Positions 43,802 through 56,085 of a stretch of 64,000 bases of DNA are shown piece after piece. The notes under the pieces are model-generated. The model made no database searches, was not told the origin of the DNA, and saw nothing but the letters and a program-made list of their open reading frames with translations. The stretch's first letter is position 1. Every line of letters starts with the position of its first letter. The DNA is from Ascoidea asiatica JCM 7603 (taxonomy: Eukaryota; Fungi; Ascomycota), in assembly GCA_001600695.1 (NCBI GenBank), contig BCKQ01000005.1, positions 136,593 through 200,592 of the forward strand. The letters are read 5' to 3'. Position numbers and translations under genes: made by a program.

Positions 43802-46143
43802 CTAAAAAATAACTTTTACATCATTTGTAGATATTGTAAAGTTTTCCTTAACTCTCTGTATCCAAAGTCCTTCGGAATCAAAGTATTTCCAATTCTTAAT
43901 CTTTGTTAATTTGTCAGTTAAGTTTTTAGATTCTGAATCACCTGAACTCCTTTCTTTTAGCACTTCATAAGATGGCATATTATTTATAGTATCGGACTCT
44001 TCGATTATATGAAACCACTGCATTAATTGCAAATGATACATCCAATTCCTACTGCTTAACTCTTTAGCAGCTAATAACTGAACATATGAACCCTTTTTAT
44101 TATTATCTAACACGGAGAATAACCCTTTTTCCTTCTGAAGAAAATTTTCTTCAGAGTAAGAATTGTCTTGGAAATAGTTATTTTTATTGATTTCATCTCC
44201 GTAATAAAACAAGTAGAATAAAGTTTCCTCTTCCATTTGTTTCAAAATATGATCCGGAATATTATTGTATAACTCTGATAAAGGGTCTAAAGGATAATAT
44301 AATGAAGTTGGATGAGAATTCCTTGGAAAATAAGGTATCGGCTTGTTTGCATCTAATGAATCTGGACAGTTTAGTAAGGAATTTTTCAAATAGTCATTGA
44401 TTTCAGCCAAACTTGGAGGCGTTGTTAGTCTTTTTTGGGCCAACTCATAAAATGGTACCAAATCTTGCAAACCTGGCAAAATACTTAAAATGGGGGTAGG
44501 AGCAGGTGAACTTGATGTTGATCTATTCGACAAACTATGATCGTTACTCATTGTTGCCTTTTTAATTAAGGGGGTATTTATATTGCTTGTATTGGCGGTT
44601 GTTTTTGCCAATTTCAACGTCGAAGAATACAAAACACTATTAGACAACTGAGTATTGTTGAAAGCTTTTGGAGTTCCATGTTTAGATGAAGTTAGAGGAG
44701 TAGTAATCTTACTTAATCCAGGAGGCAAGGAAGGTGACGGTGAACTTTTAGCTGACACATGAGTTCCAGAGTTAATGAGTGTATTCTGGCCTCCTTGATT
44801 TAAAGCACCATTATTTATAGAACTGGCCGCAACAGCAGAAGAGTATTTTAGGTCTGTACTTCTCTGTGGAACCGGGGCTGGCTTTAAGTTTAACACTTGA
44901 GGAAATGATTTTGGTGTCAATATATTGGAGGTGGATGAAATTGATAATCTTTTATTTAAAGAAATACTTGCATTATTAGATACCGGAGTACTCAAAACAG
45001 AAGAATTATTACTATTAACCGGGGAATAAAAATTGCTGAGAGCACCAGTTACTGGAATATTAGTATTAATCTTGATTTGATCGTTATTTTCAACTATTAT
45101 GCTCTCTTTAGTTTTCTCTTTGTTTGAATCAAAATCTTTTTGTTTTTCTTTTTCTTGTTCAACAGGAGTAGAAGATTTCTTTCTATTTTCTGTAGCTTCT
45201 TGAGATTCACTACCGAATTGGCTATCCTTATCTTTAGCAGAGGTGATAGAAGCAGCTGATGTAGGAGGCAAATTAGGAAAGTCGCCTACAGTTCCAAAAA
45301 CTTCTTCCACATCTTCAAGACCGAGCTCATCATATAAAGTTTCATCTTCCATAAATTCTGGATCTTGATTACTTTCAACGTAATAATTTATATCATCCTT
45401 GATAGCATTGATATTATCAGGTTCTAAATTTCCATTTTCAAGATATCTTAATATAGTTTCAAGTTTAGATTGATGCCAACGATGCTTTTCTATGAATCCA
45501 GTAATTTCATTGATTTGATCTTGTTTTGAATGATCGCTTTTACGACCCTTTTTCATGGTTGCTTGTATCTGAACAATTTTTGCTTCAAAATTTTCATTCT
45601 GCCTTTCGAGTTCATCAATCATATTTTGAATGAAAACGGATGATTCGGACTTTTCTTTTTCTCTCGGATCAATTTTTTGCATATTTAATCCTTCTTTTGA
45701 AAAAGCTTTTGTCTTCATATCTCTTTCGACAATTTTAAATCGTTCCATTTCTTTTTCAATCTTCCTTCTATATTCAATGAGAGGAGCTTTCTCTTTCACT
45801 TCATTTCCATTGAGCCAGTTTTTTATTTGCTCTCTATGTCTTTGGAGTTTCTTTATTTCTTTTTTTAAATCTGATTCTAGTTTTTCTTTCTGAGATTGGT
45901 TTTCACAAGATGTAACTTTGTCATATAATTGGTCAAATGATGATAAACCTTGATTGACCATCTTGAAAAGACGATCTATTTCTCTATTTGAAAAAAACTC
46001 CAAAAATGTTAGTACGCTTCTATTTTTGAGCTTTTAAATTTACATTCATAATTTAAAAAGAAGATGATTTAAATTCAAAAACTGTAAAGTTTCAATTTAA
46101 AAAAAATATAAACATACTGCTGTAATTTTCTAGCTGCCATCAT
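43802..46143 (-). CDS. CCR4-NOT subunit Not3/Not5; exons 46143-46118 and 45983-43802
   Basis: Spliced MMAARKLQQEIDRLFK; QKEKLESDLKKEIKKLQR; C-terminal NOT box (ETLFYLFYY, LAAKEL); intron GTATGT...TACTAAC...TAG. Confidence 0.92.
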
Positions 46144-46644
46144 ATTTGGTTGTTTTAAGAATCTTGAGAGAACCTATATTCCAAAAAGAGTTGTTAAAGT
46201 GTTTTTTCTTTTATTTTTAGGAACCTTTAAATTACCTCTATTTATATCAATCTTTAATCGATCGCTTTAATTAAAATCAATTAAATAATTCAAGTCGAGC
46301 TGTAGCCAGTCAACTAATAATAAACTATGATACCGTACTAATTTAATTAATCCATTCATTATTTTTAACTCCTGTAATGTGCTGAACGATATTCTCTTAA
46401 ATCACGGGATGTAGAATTATTACGATGGAATAGCGTACAATTTGCTATTTTCAGGATTTCTAAGATTGTTTCTATAATTCTGTGCTTTTAGTGGCTAAAT
46501 AGTAAGTCTTATTTAATAGATTTCTAAATTTCTTTTTAAATTAAGTTTTATGAATTGATATTTATTTAATGATATAAACCATATCGAAAAAGTATTTCTT
46601 ATTTACAAAAGGTTATTTGTGAAAAATAAAATATTTTTTGTATA

Positions 46645-49600
46645 TCATACAAACGCTGACCACCCAGAGAACATTAAGGCTAAGTTACACTCATCTGAAG
46701 CTTCATTGATTAGTTCACGAACTGCACCTTCGACACTTAACCCATTGGCAATCAACTTACGCTGAACTGTTTCTAAAGCCTTTATCGCTTCAGCATTTTC
46801 GTCTATTTTTTCATTAAATTTTCTATCATCACCCTGAATTTTGATTTGTTTCAATGGCGGAGCATAAAAACAAAATAACGGATCCCATCGGAGAACCGAG
46901 AGAATAGAATTTATTTGCTCTTTCTTATGTCTTAGCACCTTAAAGACATGTTCAGAACTTTTTCGAAAAATTCCATCTACTCCAGTAATCCCAAACCCAT
47001 CAATAATATCTCTAGTAAGCCTGAACGGGGTCACTTCGGGTATAGTAAGATTCCTCCCTTGATCAAATGCAATTCCTAAATCAATATGGATAGGCTCACC
47101 AGATGTTCTATCAATTAAAATATTATTGCAATGCCTATCACCTAGACCAAGAATATATCCAACTATTGATGTTGCAGCTACCCCAATAGAATATTTCAAT
47201 TTACTGGAATACCATTGAAAAGGATTGAGAAATGCCTGAAAGAAAAAATTCCGGAAAGCAGGAATTATTTTAGAGCAAATTTCTTTAAAAATACGTATTC
47301 TTTTTCGATCAGTTAATTTTGCTGCCGATGCTATCTTTTTTCTAGCATCCTGAAATGATATCCTATCTCCTTTATGTAATGGTTCAACAACATCCATAAA
47401 CGCAGCTGAATTAGATACAAATTCAATAATTCCACCTTTATAACCTAAACATACAACATTATAAGTTCTAACATTTATGTTTCTAATTCTTGTTTGTTTT
47501 TGGTTTTGAAAAAAAATATTGCATTTCATAAAAACTTGTTCCATGATAACATCTTGTCTTAAATCATCTACCCCCTTGAAGATTGTCTTCCATATAGACC
47601 CATTATTCAAAGTAATTCGGGCAATCTTTGGTCTAGAGACCCCACTACTTGAAATTTCAATTATGTTATTCATAGAAACCATTCTAGGAACACTTGAATA
47701 ATCATGATCAATTCTAATCGGAATTGTCATTGTCGGTAAAGGTAATTGAATCAAGTTCAAAAATCCAGGGCTCCAATTGCTTTGATTTTTTAAATTATCT
47801 AGATCATCTAATTTCAATTGTTTTGATTTTTTTGGCACCTCTAAAGTGGAAAGAATAACAGTATTAGCACAAAAAACTTGAATCTTTTTATAAATTTCAG
47901 TTTTATTTGTTTTAAAATCTTCAACTGCTAACTGTTTCCATAAAATAGATGCAGCTTTTTGACGGGAAAGAAAATTTTTGTCTGATGCTTTATGCTGAAG
48001 CAATATATTTTGAAGGTAATATAAAGAATGAAATGGATGGTCTCTGCACAAATTCCATAAAATAGTTTTTAGAACTAATTGGAACTTGCTTGGTTCACTT
48101 AAAATTTTAGAAACAAGTTGATTTACCCAAGGTAGTAATTTATGATAAGAGTTAAAAACATTCAACACATCTTGAATACTTTTTTGAATCCCATCTAAAT
48201 ATGAATATTCCAAAAATAAGGAACAAAATCTGTCTACGTCAGGATCATAAAGAGCGTCATTTTTACTTATTTCCTTTAGATAGTTCAAAATCGCATTTTG
48301 AACCAATCCTTCCTTGTTTGACTGCAATTCCAATAAATTTTCCCTATGGCTTTTGAGATTTATTTCTTTCTTCTCCTTAAGCTTCCTTAGTCCTTTCTTT
48401 TCTGGTTTAACTTCTTGTAAATGTTCACTATATTCAGCAAGTTGAATACTTTCATTAAAAATTAGCTTCTTATACCTAGAAATTTCTTTATCAATGTCAC
48501 CTGATTGGAGGCAATTATCACAAAATTTTGCAAATAAATGATAAGCCTCATGGTCTGCTTCATTGATGATTTCATGCTGTATATATTTCTCCATAATTTC
48601 TGAAGCTGATTCTTGTTTTGACATTGAGAGCCAGTCAACCAAAGTAGCTCTTAAAATATTAGAATTGAACTGAAAATAATTGTTATCCAAAGTGCAATTT
48701 TGTTCCCCAATTGCTTGAATCATTGAGATTGCAACCTTTGTTTCATTTTGATCGTGAAGAAATGATGCAACCTCAAATTGATTCAAAGCTTTAACATAAT
48801 TTATTAAATTCAAATTGGTCGAATTTTCATGAACAAAAACATTATTTAATCTTTTGAATACTTCATTTAGCTTAATAGAGAAGGATATTGTATTTTTTTG
48901 ATTGCTGTTAATTCTCGAAAGCTTCAAGAAAGCTAATATATCGTTTGCTTCTTGGACTAGCATGTCTCTTTTGTTGAAATTCAGTATTTCAATATTATCA
49001 AAACAAAAATCATAAGAAGTCACTCTAGCTAACATCAACGTCTCGTAACTTTTAAAATTAAAGTTTTCATTGATTTTTAATATGCCGTTCATTCCAATTC
49101 CATTCCTGAAAATGACATCTTCCATATTTGATAATGTTATCATACACTGAATTTTTTTCTCACAAGGAATTTTCAAACTATCTGATTCTAAAAATGCATT
49201 CTTGATAGCCAACCTTGCACATGTAAAATCGTCATTAATTAACTTAAAGGCTTTATATATTACTTCTTGGTCATTACTTGTGTTTGCAGGAATAGAAAGA
49301 TCCCATTTCCCAAGTTTCCAACACCATTCATAACTCGAAGAAGAATGACTTTCTTCGTGTTTTCTAACAATATCAGAAATGGCAACTAACCCAGAAGATT
49401 GAAGTGTTTCTATTGCATCGAATCCCTCGTAGTTGGTACCAAGAAACGAGTTTGCAAATAAAATTTTTTTCCAAGGGTCTCCATTTTGAATGATATTTTT
49501 CAAAGCATAATCGAGCGATGGTTCTACAGGTAGACCTTCCATAAGATCGATGTTCCCGATTAAAGAATATATATCAGATAGCAGCTTGGAGCTACTTTTC

Positions 49601-52600
49601 CAAAGATCTTGCATATTATATTTGTCCATAGAAAAATGCTTTTCGAAGAGAAACAAGGAAGAATATGGCATATTTGAGGAATAAGCTACTTTTGAAAGAA
49701 ACAAAGAGTCAACATTATCTGATATATTGAATGAAATACGATAATTTTTTGAATGCTCTATCTTACAGATTTGGAAATACAAATTTAAAAAAAAGATGTT
49801 ATAATGGACCCGCGGAAAGGGATTACTTTGAGAAAAGGAAGCAAACAAGAGCTTTATGTTATTAGCAGCAATGTCCCCAAACACATATAAACAAAATAAA
49901 ATTGCATCTAAAATAGCGTCCTTACAATATTCAGAGTATGCAATGACCTGTAAAATTGACAAGCCAGGAGAATAAATTTGAATATCTTTTGCATAAGCGA
50001 GAAAAAGTTCCATGATCCATTTATCAAAAGGTTTATTTTGAAGGTCTGAAGATAGTGTAAACAACAATTTATCGAAAGATATATCATATTCGCTAAAGGA
50101 AAGAAAATCACCAGCAAGAACAAAATCAAACCTGACCATCAATTTTTTGAGATCTAAAAGATCCTTTAGTTCTATTTCCAAAGTTTTGAAATTTAGCTTC
50201 AAGTAACTAAAAATATTTTCAATTAAGCAAGATATTTTGTTATTATCTGTTCGTTCCCATAAAATAAAAAGCTTCTCAAACAAGATTTCGACAAAATTTT
50301 CATCACCACTTTTCAATTTAATTAGCGATTGCTGTTCGTTAGTTTTTTCTTTCTCACTTGAAATATATCCTTTGCACGAAAAATAGTAGCCTAAACATCT
50401 TGCCCTCCATTCTCTAAATTCAGCGGATAAGGACGCCATCTCAACATCAAGTAACTTTTCAATAACAATAATGCTACTATTATGATCTAGATTACAAGCT
50501 ATTAATTCAGTATTCCGTTCTAAAATCAAAGAAATTAATGAAAAAACATCAGGCACAACAGGCGATGAGCAGTTTTTAAGAACTGAACAAACAGTATTAT
50601 TGAAATCTTCAAACCCGTTGTCAGATTTCCTGTTTAAAGTCCAAAAAAGTAAAGTAAAAAAGTCTTTAGTATGGCCTGAGTCATTTTCTGAATCCCAGGC
50701 CGAAAAGGAATGAATTAACGATTGACTTGTCTTGGAACCGGTGTTGGAAAGTTTTGAAGAAAGAAATTCTTTGAGAACCACCAAAATAACATCTACTCTT
50801 GTGTGAATATTGCAATTTGTTATAAACAATTCAATTAAATATGAAACAAACGTATCAATTTCCCTAAAAAGTAAATTTTCTCTAAAATATTTCGATAAAC
50901 TCCTCAAAAGAAGAACCAAGTGAATCTCCTTAAAGATCTGTTTTTTCCACAAAATTAATACTTTGATTCTTCTTATCCCTAAAAGTTTGAGATTATTATT
51001 ATATGAATTTTCAATTAAAACTAGTAAATTTCGAATAATGAAGTACAACGAATCAGATGACCAAAAATCAAAATGAAATCTTTTTTCGATCTCAATAATT
51101 AATTTTAAGGAGCTATTTGGACTGTTAGAATAAAAAAAATTAGGAACTAGTTTAGCATCGCTATTTGAAATTAACAGGCTGATATCATGTTCTTGAAATA
51201 AATTCAAATTCGTTAGCACAGATTGGTCAGAAACGTTCATCAAAGAAAAAATTGTTACCATTAGTAAAGGAAGTTTGCTTTTCAAATTTGAAAATGTGAG
51301 TACTTGCTTATAGGTTTCCACCTCTAATCCATTGGTTGAAACTAGTAAAGGAAGACTTGAAATGAGAATTTCTTCGTTGCTAATTTGTAGTAATGAAGAC
51401 ACTTCTGTTAAAGTTTGATAACCTTTTTTTTTATCGGATATTGAAACTGAAATTATAACATCCATGTTTTCTTTGAAAAAGTTTTTTTTAGTTGTAAATC
51501 CAAATAATAAGAATGGAAAACAGTCAATTGGTTCGTATGCATTCCAAAATCTAACAATATCTAATCTAAATTCATAAAATAACCTTTTAGGTCCGGAGAT
51601 ATTTAGCTTTAAACTGAATAAATGTAAACATTTGTCGATATACTTTATCATAAGTGGATTTTTATAATATTCAATTATATTAAATATTGCACAAGGAAGA
51701 ATTTCCATTTGAATTAATCCTATACTAGCCAATAAATATACCATTAATATAGAAGATTCAGTAGACGAAGCTATAATTGGAAAATTGTTATAAAGAATAT
51801 TATAAACTTTGACTTTTTTAGGACCAATAGAATCCTCTAATAGTTTTTGGATTTCTGGTAAAAGTATTATTGGAAACCTTAAAATACTAAAACATTTTTC
51901 CGCAAAAATATTCAAATATGATTGATTTAAAAGTCTCTTAAAATTACTTTTTTCAAACTTTAGGATGAGCTTGGAGTATTCTATTATGATTTCCTCACTA
52001 TTTTCATAGCTTCTCTTATTGAGCTCGGAATTTAAGAATAAAAATATGTCAATACAATCTTGTTCTATCTTATTTTTCTTTGCAATCCATGAATCAGCAG
52101 AAAGAAAAAGAATTTTTAGACATATAGTAAGTGATAATCCAGTACACTGATCTAAAAAGTTTCCAAGGTACCTAATAATAATTTGAAGGTACGAAGAATT
52201 TAATGATGGAAGAATTAGTTTAAACCTGCCAATAAAATCACCTATGACAAGCCATTTTCCGATTGATTTTTCTCCTTCTGCAAGATTCGCTAACTTTTCA
52301 AGAATTTTTTCCCCTATTTCTTTCACAGAAGAATGTCCCATAAGAATATTTTTCTTTTCCAAATTGAGAATAAATATATTTAGAATAAATGAGTTATATA
52401 AGAACTCATCCTTATTTTCATCATTATTTATTCCCTCTCGTCGGATCAGCCCCAATTCTAATTCATTATCAGCTATCGAATTCTCAATAACTTTATTAGC
52501 ATCTAAATGATCAGCAAGCAAAAAAAGAACGTTTTTAATTATTTTGTCTTTATTAAAAGTCATAAAATAATAGTTGAAAAATTTTGCCACTTCATTAAAC

Positions 52601-55227
52601 ATTTTTTCATTGGAAATGTTTAATTCAAGTTTTAAACATATTTTATATTTCAAAGATTCCAAATAAGTTTCGTATGGATCAAGAAGACCTTGAGCATATA
52701 TATTCAACATTTGAATATAGAATTTTAAATTTTTCAAAGTTACATTAGTGAATGAATCTAATTTCTCAAATATAAGAATAAATAATTTTTCAGCAGAGGG
52801 CAAAAATAAATTTAAAGGTCTTAATATGAAATTCTTTTTACTAGAAACGATAATATTTGACTGATCATTAATGGTATCATTAATTAATAAAAAATTTTTA
52901 AAATCATTTGATTTGACCCATGATTTATTCATCATAAAAAAGGTTTTTGAATGAGGAGAAACCATTGATATTTTAGGAGTTTTAATTGTATCTTCTAATA
53001 CTAAAATATTTTTAGTTCCAGAAAAATAGACTATAAATTTATCCAATAAAGTTTCTTCATTAGAAATAAACAAATCAAATTGATTATTGAATTTTGAGAT
53101 CAACCAAGAAAATGCTTTATTTGATAAAGATTTATCGGGACCCCTAAATTGTGAAAAGAAAATCCAAAAAAGTAAAGAATTTGAAGAAATTAAAAATGGT
53201 CCATTCTTTTCAGGTAAATCCATTATAAGATTTAACTCAGCTGAAAGGTTTTTATCATTATAAAAAATTTTTGATATTCTAGATAAATCAGAATCATTTA
53301 ATGACGAATTAGATAAAATATGAAATATAGAAATAATCAAAGAAGAAGATACATTACAAGTGGATTCTAAATTTATTAAATTTAAAGAAATCTTCAAAAT
53401 AGATAAAATAAATTGATAATTTGATTTGAATTTTAAAATATTTAAATCCAAAGAAATTTTGAAATATAATAAAAACCAAGAAGTTAAATTAATATTAGAA
53501 TTATCAATGTTATTATTATTGTTATTATAAGCTCTATTATAATTAAAAGTATTAATATTACTATTATTATTATTATTATTATTATTAATATTATTATTAA
53601 TACTGCCCGTGGCAGAAGTAGTATAATTAGAGAAATGATTTGAGAATAGAATATTAAATTCAGATAAATATTTCTCAAAATTTATATTATTACTGTTTTC
53701 TAATAAAAAAAAAATTAGAATTTGAAGTGATAAAATTTTAAATTGAGTATTATAATCATTTTGATTTAAAATTTTTATAAAAAATTGAAAAAAATTATTT
53801 GAATTCAATAATAAAGATTTTAACTTGAAATCATTCAGTTTAAATCTTTTTTTATTGATATTATTGTTATTATTAGAATATAATAAAGAATTACTTAAAA
53901 TTGAATTTGAGTTTGTAGTTAAAAGTAAATTTTTGAACTCAAAATAAATGAATAAAAGATTTAATAAAATTAAAATCAATAACCAAGATCTTTCATTATT
54001 TTTTAAAATAATTTTATCACTAAAAGTTTTTAAATATATTAAATTATTTATATCATTAAACCAGTTTTTTTCAAAATTTAGATTATTTGAAGAATTATTA
54101 TTCAAAAGGAATAAAGGATTAATTTGAATTGAATTAAATTGTAGTTGAATTTGTTTTTCAATAATTATTAAATTGAAAATTTTTAGGAATAAAATTTGAA
54201 TTTTTAAAATAATTTCATTGATAAAAGTATTATTATTATTATTATTCTTATTATTATTCTTACTATTATTACTATTATCATTTAAAAATGAGAGTAAATA
54301 AATTTTAGAAAATTTTAAAAAAATTAGAATTTGATCGAATAAAGAAGGATAATTATGTAAAGTTAAACTAAAATTTATTTTATTATTTAATAAATCTAAA
54401 GTTAATGGTATTAATTTAAACTTAATTATTGAAATATTATTAGTTGAAATTATTAAAAAAAAATTATTTAAAAGAATAAAAAATTGATTTAAATTTATTG
54501 ATTGTTTTTTGAAATTATTATTACTAGTATTATTAATATTCTTTAATATTAAATTTTGAATTAGGTTTAAAGTTACATTTGAATCTTTATAATTTAAATT
54601 AAAAATTGAAGGTATAAAATAATTATTAATTGAGGTTAATAATAAATTAATCTGTTTATCATTATCAATTGAATTTGATAAAATTGAAATTTGATATAAA
54701 TTTAATAAATAATTTAATTGATGAAAATAATCCTGTAATAAAAGATTTTGTTTGAATAGAGAATTTTTAGAAAGCAGAAAAATAGTTTTCAAGAAATTGT
54801 TAAAAACAGGTTGAAAATAAGATATGGTAATATTAGAATTTAAATTTGAAGAAGAGGAAGAGAAAGATGAAGGAGAGATTGTTTTGAAATCAATTAATTG
54901 CTCAATTTTCTTGAATATATTTAAAAGACTTTTAGGACGATTGAAATCTAAAAGTTTGATATTTACAAATTTAAAAATAGCATTTGAAGCATTTTCTAAT
55001 CTATCATTTGATGTTTGAGAATTGTTTTTGATATAAATTGATTTTTCTAAATCAATTAAAATAAATAAACAATCAATTAAGTTAATAGTTTTTTTAGGAG
55101 ATAATTGAGTGAATGCAACTGAATCAATAAAAGCAGAAAGATCAGATAAACCTTGATTTCTGTCTTTGATTTTGGTAGACTGAAGAAGAACAGTGATAAT
55201 TGAAATCTGATTTTGAGAATTATCCAT
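46645..55227 (-). CDS. TEL1: ATM-family PIKK kinase Tel1
   Basis: TAN-like LQSTKIKDRN, DHPFHSLY, DDLRQDVIMEQVF, GLGDRHCNNILID, HIDLG, FATC LALMFSGWSAFV. Confidence 0.94.
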   Translation of the reverse strand: MDNSQNQISIITVLLQSTKIKDRNQGLSDLSAFIDSVAFTQLSPKKTINLIDCLFILIDLEKSIYIKNNSQTSNDRLENASNAIFKFVNIKLLDFNRPKSLLNIFKKIEQLIDFKTISPSSFSSSSSNLNSNITISYFQPVFNNFLKTIFLLSKNSLFKQNLLLQDYFHQLNYLLNLYQISILSNSIDNDKQINLLLTSINNYFIPSIFNLNYKDSNVTLNLIQNLILKNINNTSNNNFKKQSINLNQFFILLNNFFLIISTNNISIIKFKLIPLTLDLLNNKINFSLTLHNYPSLFDQILIFLKFSKIYLLSFLNDNSNNSKNNNKNNNNNNTFINEIILKIQILFLKIFNLIIIEKQIQLQFNSIQINPLFLLNNNSSNNLNFEKNWFNDINNLIYLKTFSDKIILKNNERSWLLILILLNLLFIYFEFKNLLLTTNSNSILSNSLLYSNNNNNINKKRFKLNDFKLKSLLLNSNNFFQFFIKILNQNDYNTQFKILSLQILIFFLLENSNNINFEKYLSEFNILFSNHFSNYTTSATGSINNNINNNNNNNNSNINTFNYNRAYNNNNNNIDNSNINLTSWFLLYFKISLDLNILKFKSNYQFILSILKISLNLINLESTCNVSSSLIISIFHILSNSSLNDSDLSRISKIFYNDKNLSAELNLIMDLPEKNGPFLISSNSLLFWIFFSQFRGPDKSLSNKAFSWLISKFNNQFDLFISNEETLLDKFIVYFSGTKNILVLEDTIKTPKISMVSPHSKTFFMMNKSWVKSNDFKNFLLINDTINDQSNIIVSSKKNFILRPLNLFLPSAEKLFILIFEKLDSFTNVTLKNLKFYIQMLNIYAQGLLDPYETYLESLKYKICLKLELNISNEKMFNEVAKFFNYYFMTFNKDKIIKNVLFLLADHLDANKVIENSIADNELELGLIRREGINNDENKDEFLYNSFILNIFILNLEKKNILMGHSSVKEIGEKILEKLANLAEGEKSIGKWLVIGDFIGRFKLILPSLNSSYLQIIIRYLGNFLDQCTGLSLTICLKILFLSADSWIAKKNKIEQDCIDIFLFLNSELNKRSYENSEEIIIEYSKLILKFEKSNFKRLLNQSYLNIFAEKCFSILRFPIILLPEIQKLLEDSIGPKKVKVYNILYNNFPIIASSTESSILMVYLLASIGLIQMEILPCAIFNIIEYYKNPLMIKYIDKCLHLFSLKLNISGPKRLFYEFRLDIVRFWNAYEPIDCFPFLLFGFTTKKNFFKENMDVIISVSISDKKKGYQTLTEVSSLLQISNEEILISSLPLLVSTNGLEVETYKQVLTFSNLKSKLPLLMVTIFSLMNVSDQSVLTNLNLFQEHDISLLISNSDAKLVPNFFYSNSPNSSLKLIIEIEKRFHFDFWSSDSLYFIIRNLLVLIENSYNNNLKLLGIRRIKVLILWKKQIFKEIHLVLLLRSLSKYFRENLLFREIDTFVSYLIELFITNCNIHTRVDVILVVLKEFLSSKLSNTGSKTSQSLIHSFSAWDSENDSGHTKDFFTLLFWTLNRKSDNGFEDFNNTVCSVLKNCSSPVVPDVFSLISLILERNTELIACNLDHNSSIIVIEKLLDVEMASLSAEFREWRARCLGYYFSCKGYISSEKEKTNEQQSLIKLKSGDENFVEILFEKLFILWERTDNNKISCLIENIFSYLKLNFKTLEIELKDLLDLKKLMVRFDFVLAGDFLSFSEYDISFDKLLFTLSSDLQNKPFDKWIMELFLAYAKDIQIYSPGLSILQVIAYSEYCKDAILDAILFCLYVFGDIAANNIKLLFASFSQSNPFPRVHYNIFFLNLYFQICKIEHSKNYRISFNISDNVDSLFLSKVAYSSNMPYSSLFLFEKHFSMDKYNMQDLWKSSSKLLSDIYSLIGNIDLMEGLPVEPSLDYALKNIIQNGDPWKKILFANSFLGTNYEGFDAIETLQSSGLVAISDIVRKHEESHSSSSYEWCWKLGKWDLSIPANTSNDQEVIYKAFKLINDDFTCARLAIKNAFLESDSLKIPCEKKIQCMITLSNMEDVIFRNGIGMNGILKINENFNFKSYETLMLARVTSYDFCFDNIEILNFNKRDMLVQEANDILAFLKLSRINSNQKNTISFSIKLNEVFKRLNNVFVHENSTNLNLINYVKALNQFEVASFLHDQNETKVAISMIQAIGEQNCTLDNNYFQFNSNILRATLVDWLSMSKQESASEIMEKYIQHEIINEADHEAYHLFAKFCDNCLQSGDIDKEISRYKKLIFNESIQLAEYSEHLQEVKPEKKGLRKLKEKKEINLKSHRENLLELQSNKEGLVQNAILNYLKEISKNDALYDPDVDRFCSLFLEYSYLDGIQKSIQDVLNVFNSYHKLLPWVNQLVSKILSEPSKFQLVLKTILWNLCRDHPFHSLYYLQNILLQHKASDKNFLSRQKAASILWKQLAVEDFKTNKTEIYKKIQVFCANTVILSTLEVPKKSKQLKLDDLDNLKNQSNWSPGFLNLIQLPLPTMTIPIRIDHDYSSVPRMVSMNNIIEISSSGVSRPKIARITLNNGSIWKTIFKGVDDLRQDVIMEQVFMKCNIFFQNQKQTRIRNINVRTYNVVCLGYKGGIIEFVSNSAAFMDVVEPLHKGDRISFQDARKKIASAAKLTDRKRIRIFKEICSKIIPAFRNFFFQAFLNPFQWYSSKLKYSIGVAATSIVGYILGLGDRHCNNILIDRTSGEPIHIDLGIAFDQGRNLTIPEVTPFRLTRDIIDGFGITGVDGIFRKSSEHVFKVLRHKKEQINSILSVLRWDPLFCFYAPPLKQIKIQGDDRKFNEKIDENAEAIKALETVQRKLIANGLSVEGAVRELINEASDECNLALMFSGWSAFV

Positions 55228-55420
55228 TGAAATTGATAAGTGATTGAAAATTTGTTAAGGATTGAAGCTTCTTGAAAGTGGATGAAAAAAAGAGGTTGTT
55301 TTCAAGAGGTTGAAGGGGTTTATCCTGGAAGAATCACAGCAGCCATTTAAGATCAAATAATTTGTTATTGAGTACTGACTATATTATTATTTATTGATTA
55401 CTTTATAAATAGGTGATGGA

Positions 55421-55495
55421 CTATTGACTATTGATTATTGATTATTGATTATTGATTATGGAATACATTGATTATTGAATACATTGAATACATTA
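55421..55495. repeat. Tandem repeats (TATTGAT)n and (GAATACATT)n
   Basis: Visible 7- and 9-mer arrays in the TEL1 upstream region. Confidence 0.8.
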
Positions 55496-55587
55496 AAATG
55501 AATATAAATATATCTGAGTTGTTATCACTTTTCTGCTGTTCTCGATTCAACAATTCTTCACCTGAGATCTCGGCTACGACTCATACT

Positions 55588-55621
55588 CACGTGCCTCTTT
55601 TGCTGTTCCACCAGTCACGTG
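55588..55621. promoter_or_regulatory. Paired CACGTG (Cbf1-type) sites in the TEL1/GH5 divergent promoter
   Basis: CACGTG at 55588-55593 and 55616-55621, both preceded by T. Confidence 0.55.
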
Positions 55622-56085
55622 TTGCTCTGTTTGGAGTGTACCAAATCTCTTGGTCACCACTGCAAAACTCTTTTCTATTTTCATATTTTCATATTCTCAT
55701 AAGTTGTCTATCTACCAGGCACTGTAGCGATACTGTATCTCAGACATCACTCCCGAAATTGATCAATTAAACCTTTACTATCAGTCTCTCTGTCTTTGAA
55801 ATATTCTAAATATTCTAAATACGAGTAAACACTTGGCTCATTTTACTTATTCGATTCAATGAATTGAATTTCATCAATTAACCTTTTACTCTCTATTGTT
55901 TTGAATATCATTTCAATTCAAAATGATCTTTCCTTTTTTTTTGTTTTTTTATCTTTTTTGCTCGTTTTCTTTCTTGTTTGAATTTACGTTGTTTTCATAC
56001 TAAGACATGAAAATTTATTATTTTGCACTGTAAAGTAAAATATTTTCAACCTTAAATAATAATCTTATACTAAAATTGAATTATA

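Noticed and set aside
55468-55770. 100-aa ORF between TEL1 and the GH5 gene
   Set aside because: Non-ATG start, begins in a tandem repeat and overlaps promoter motifs.
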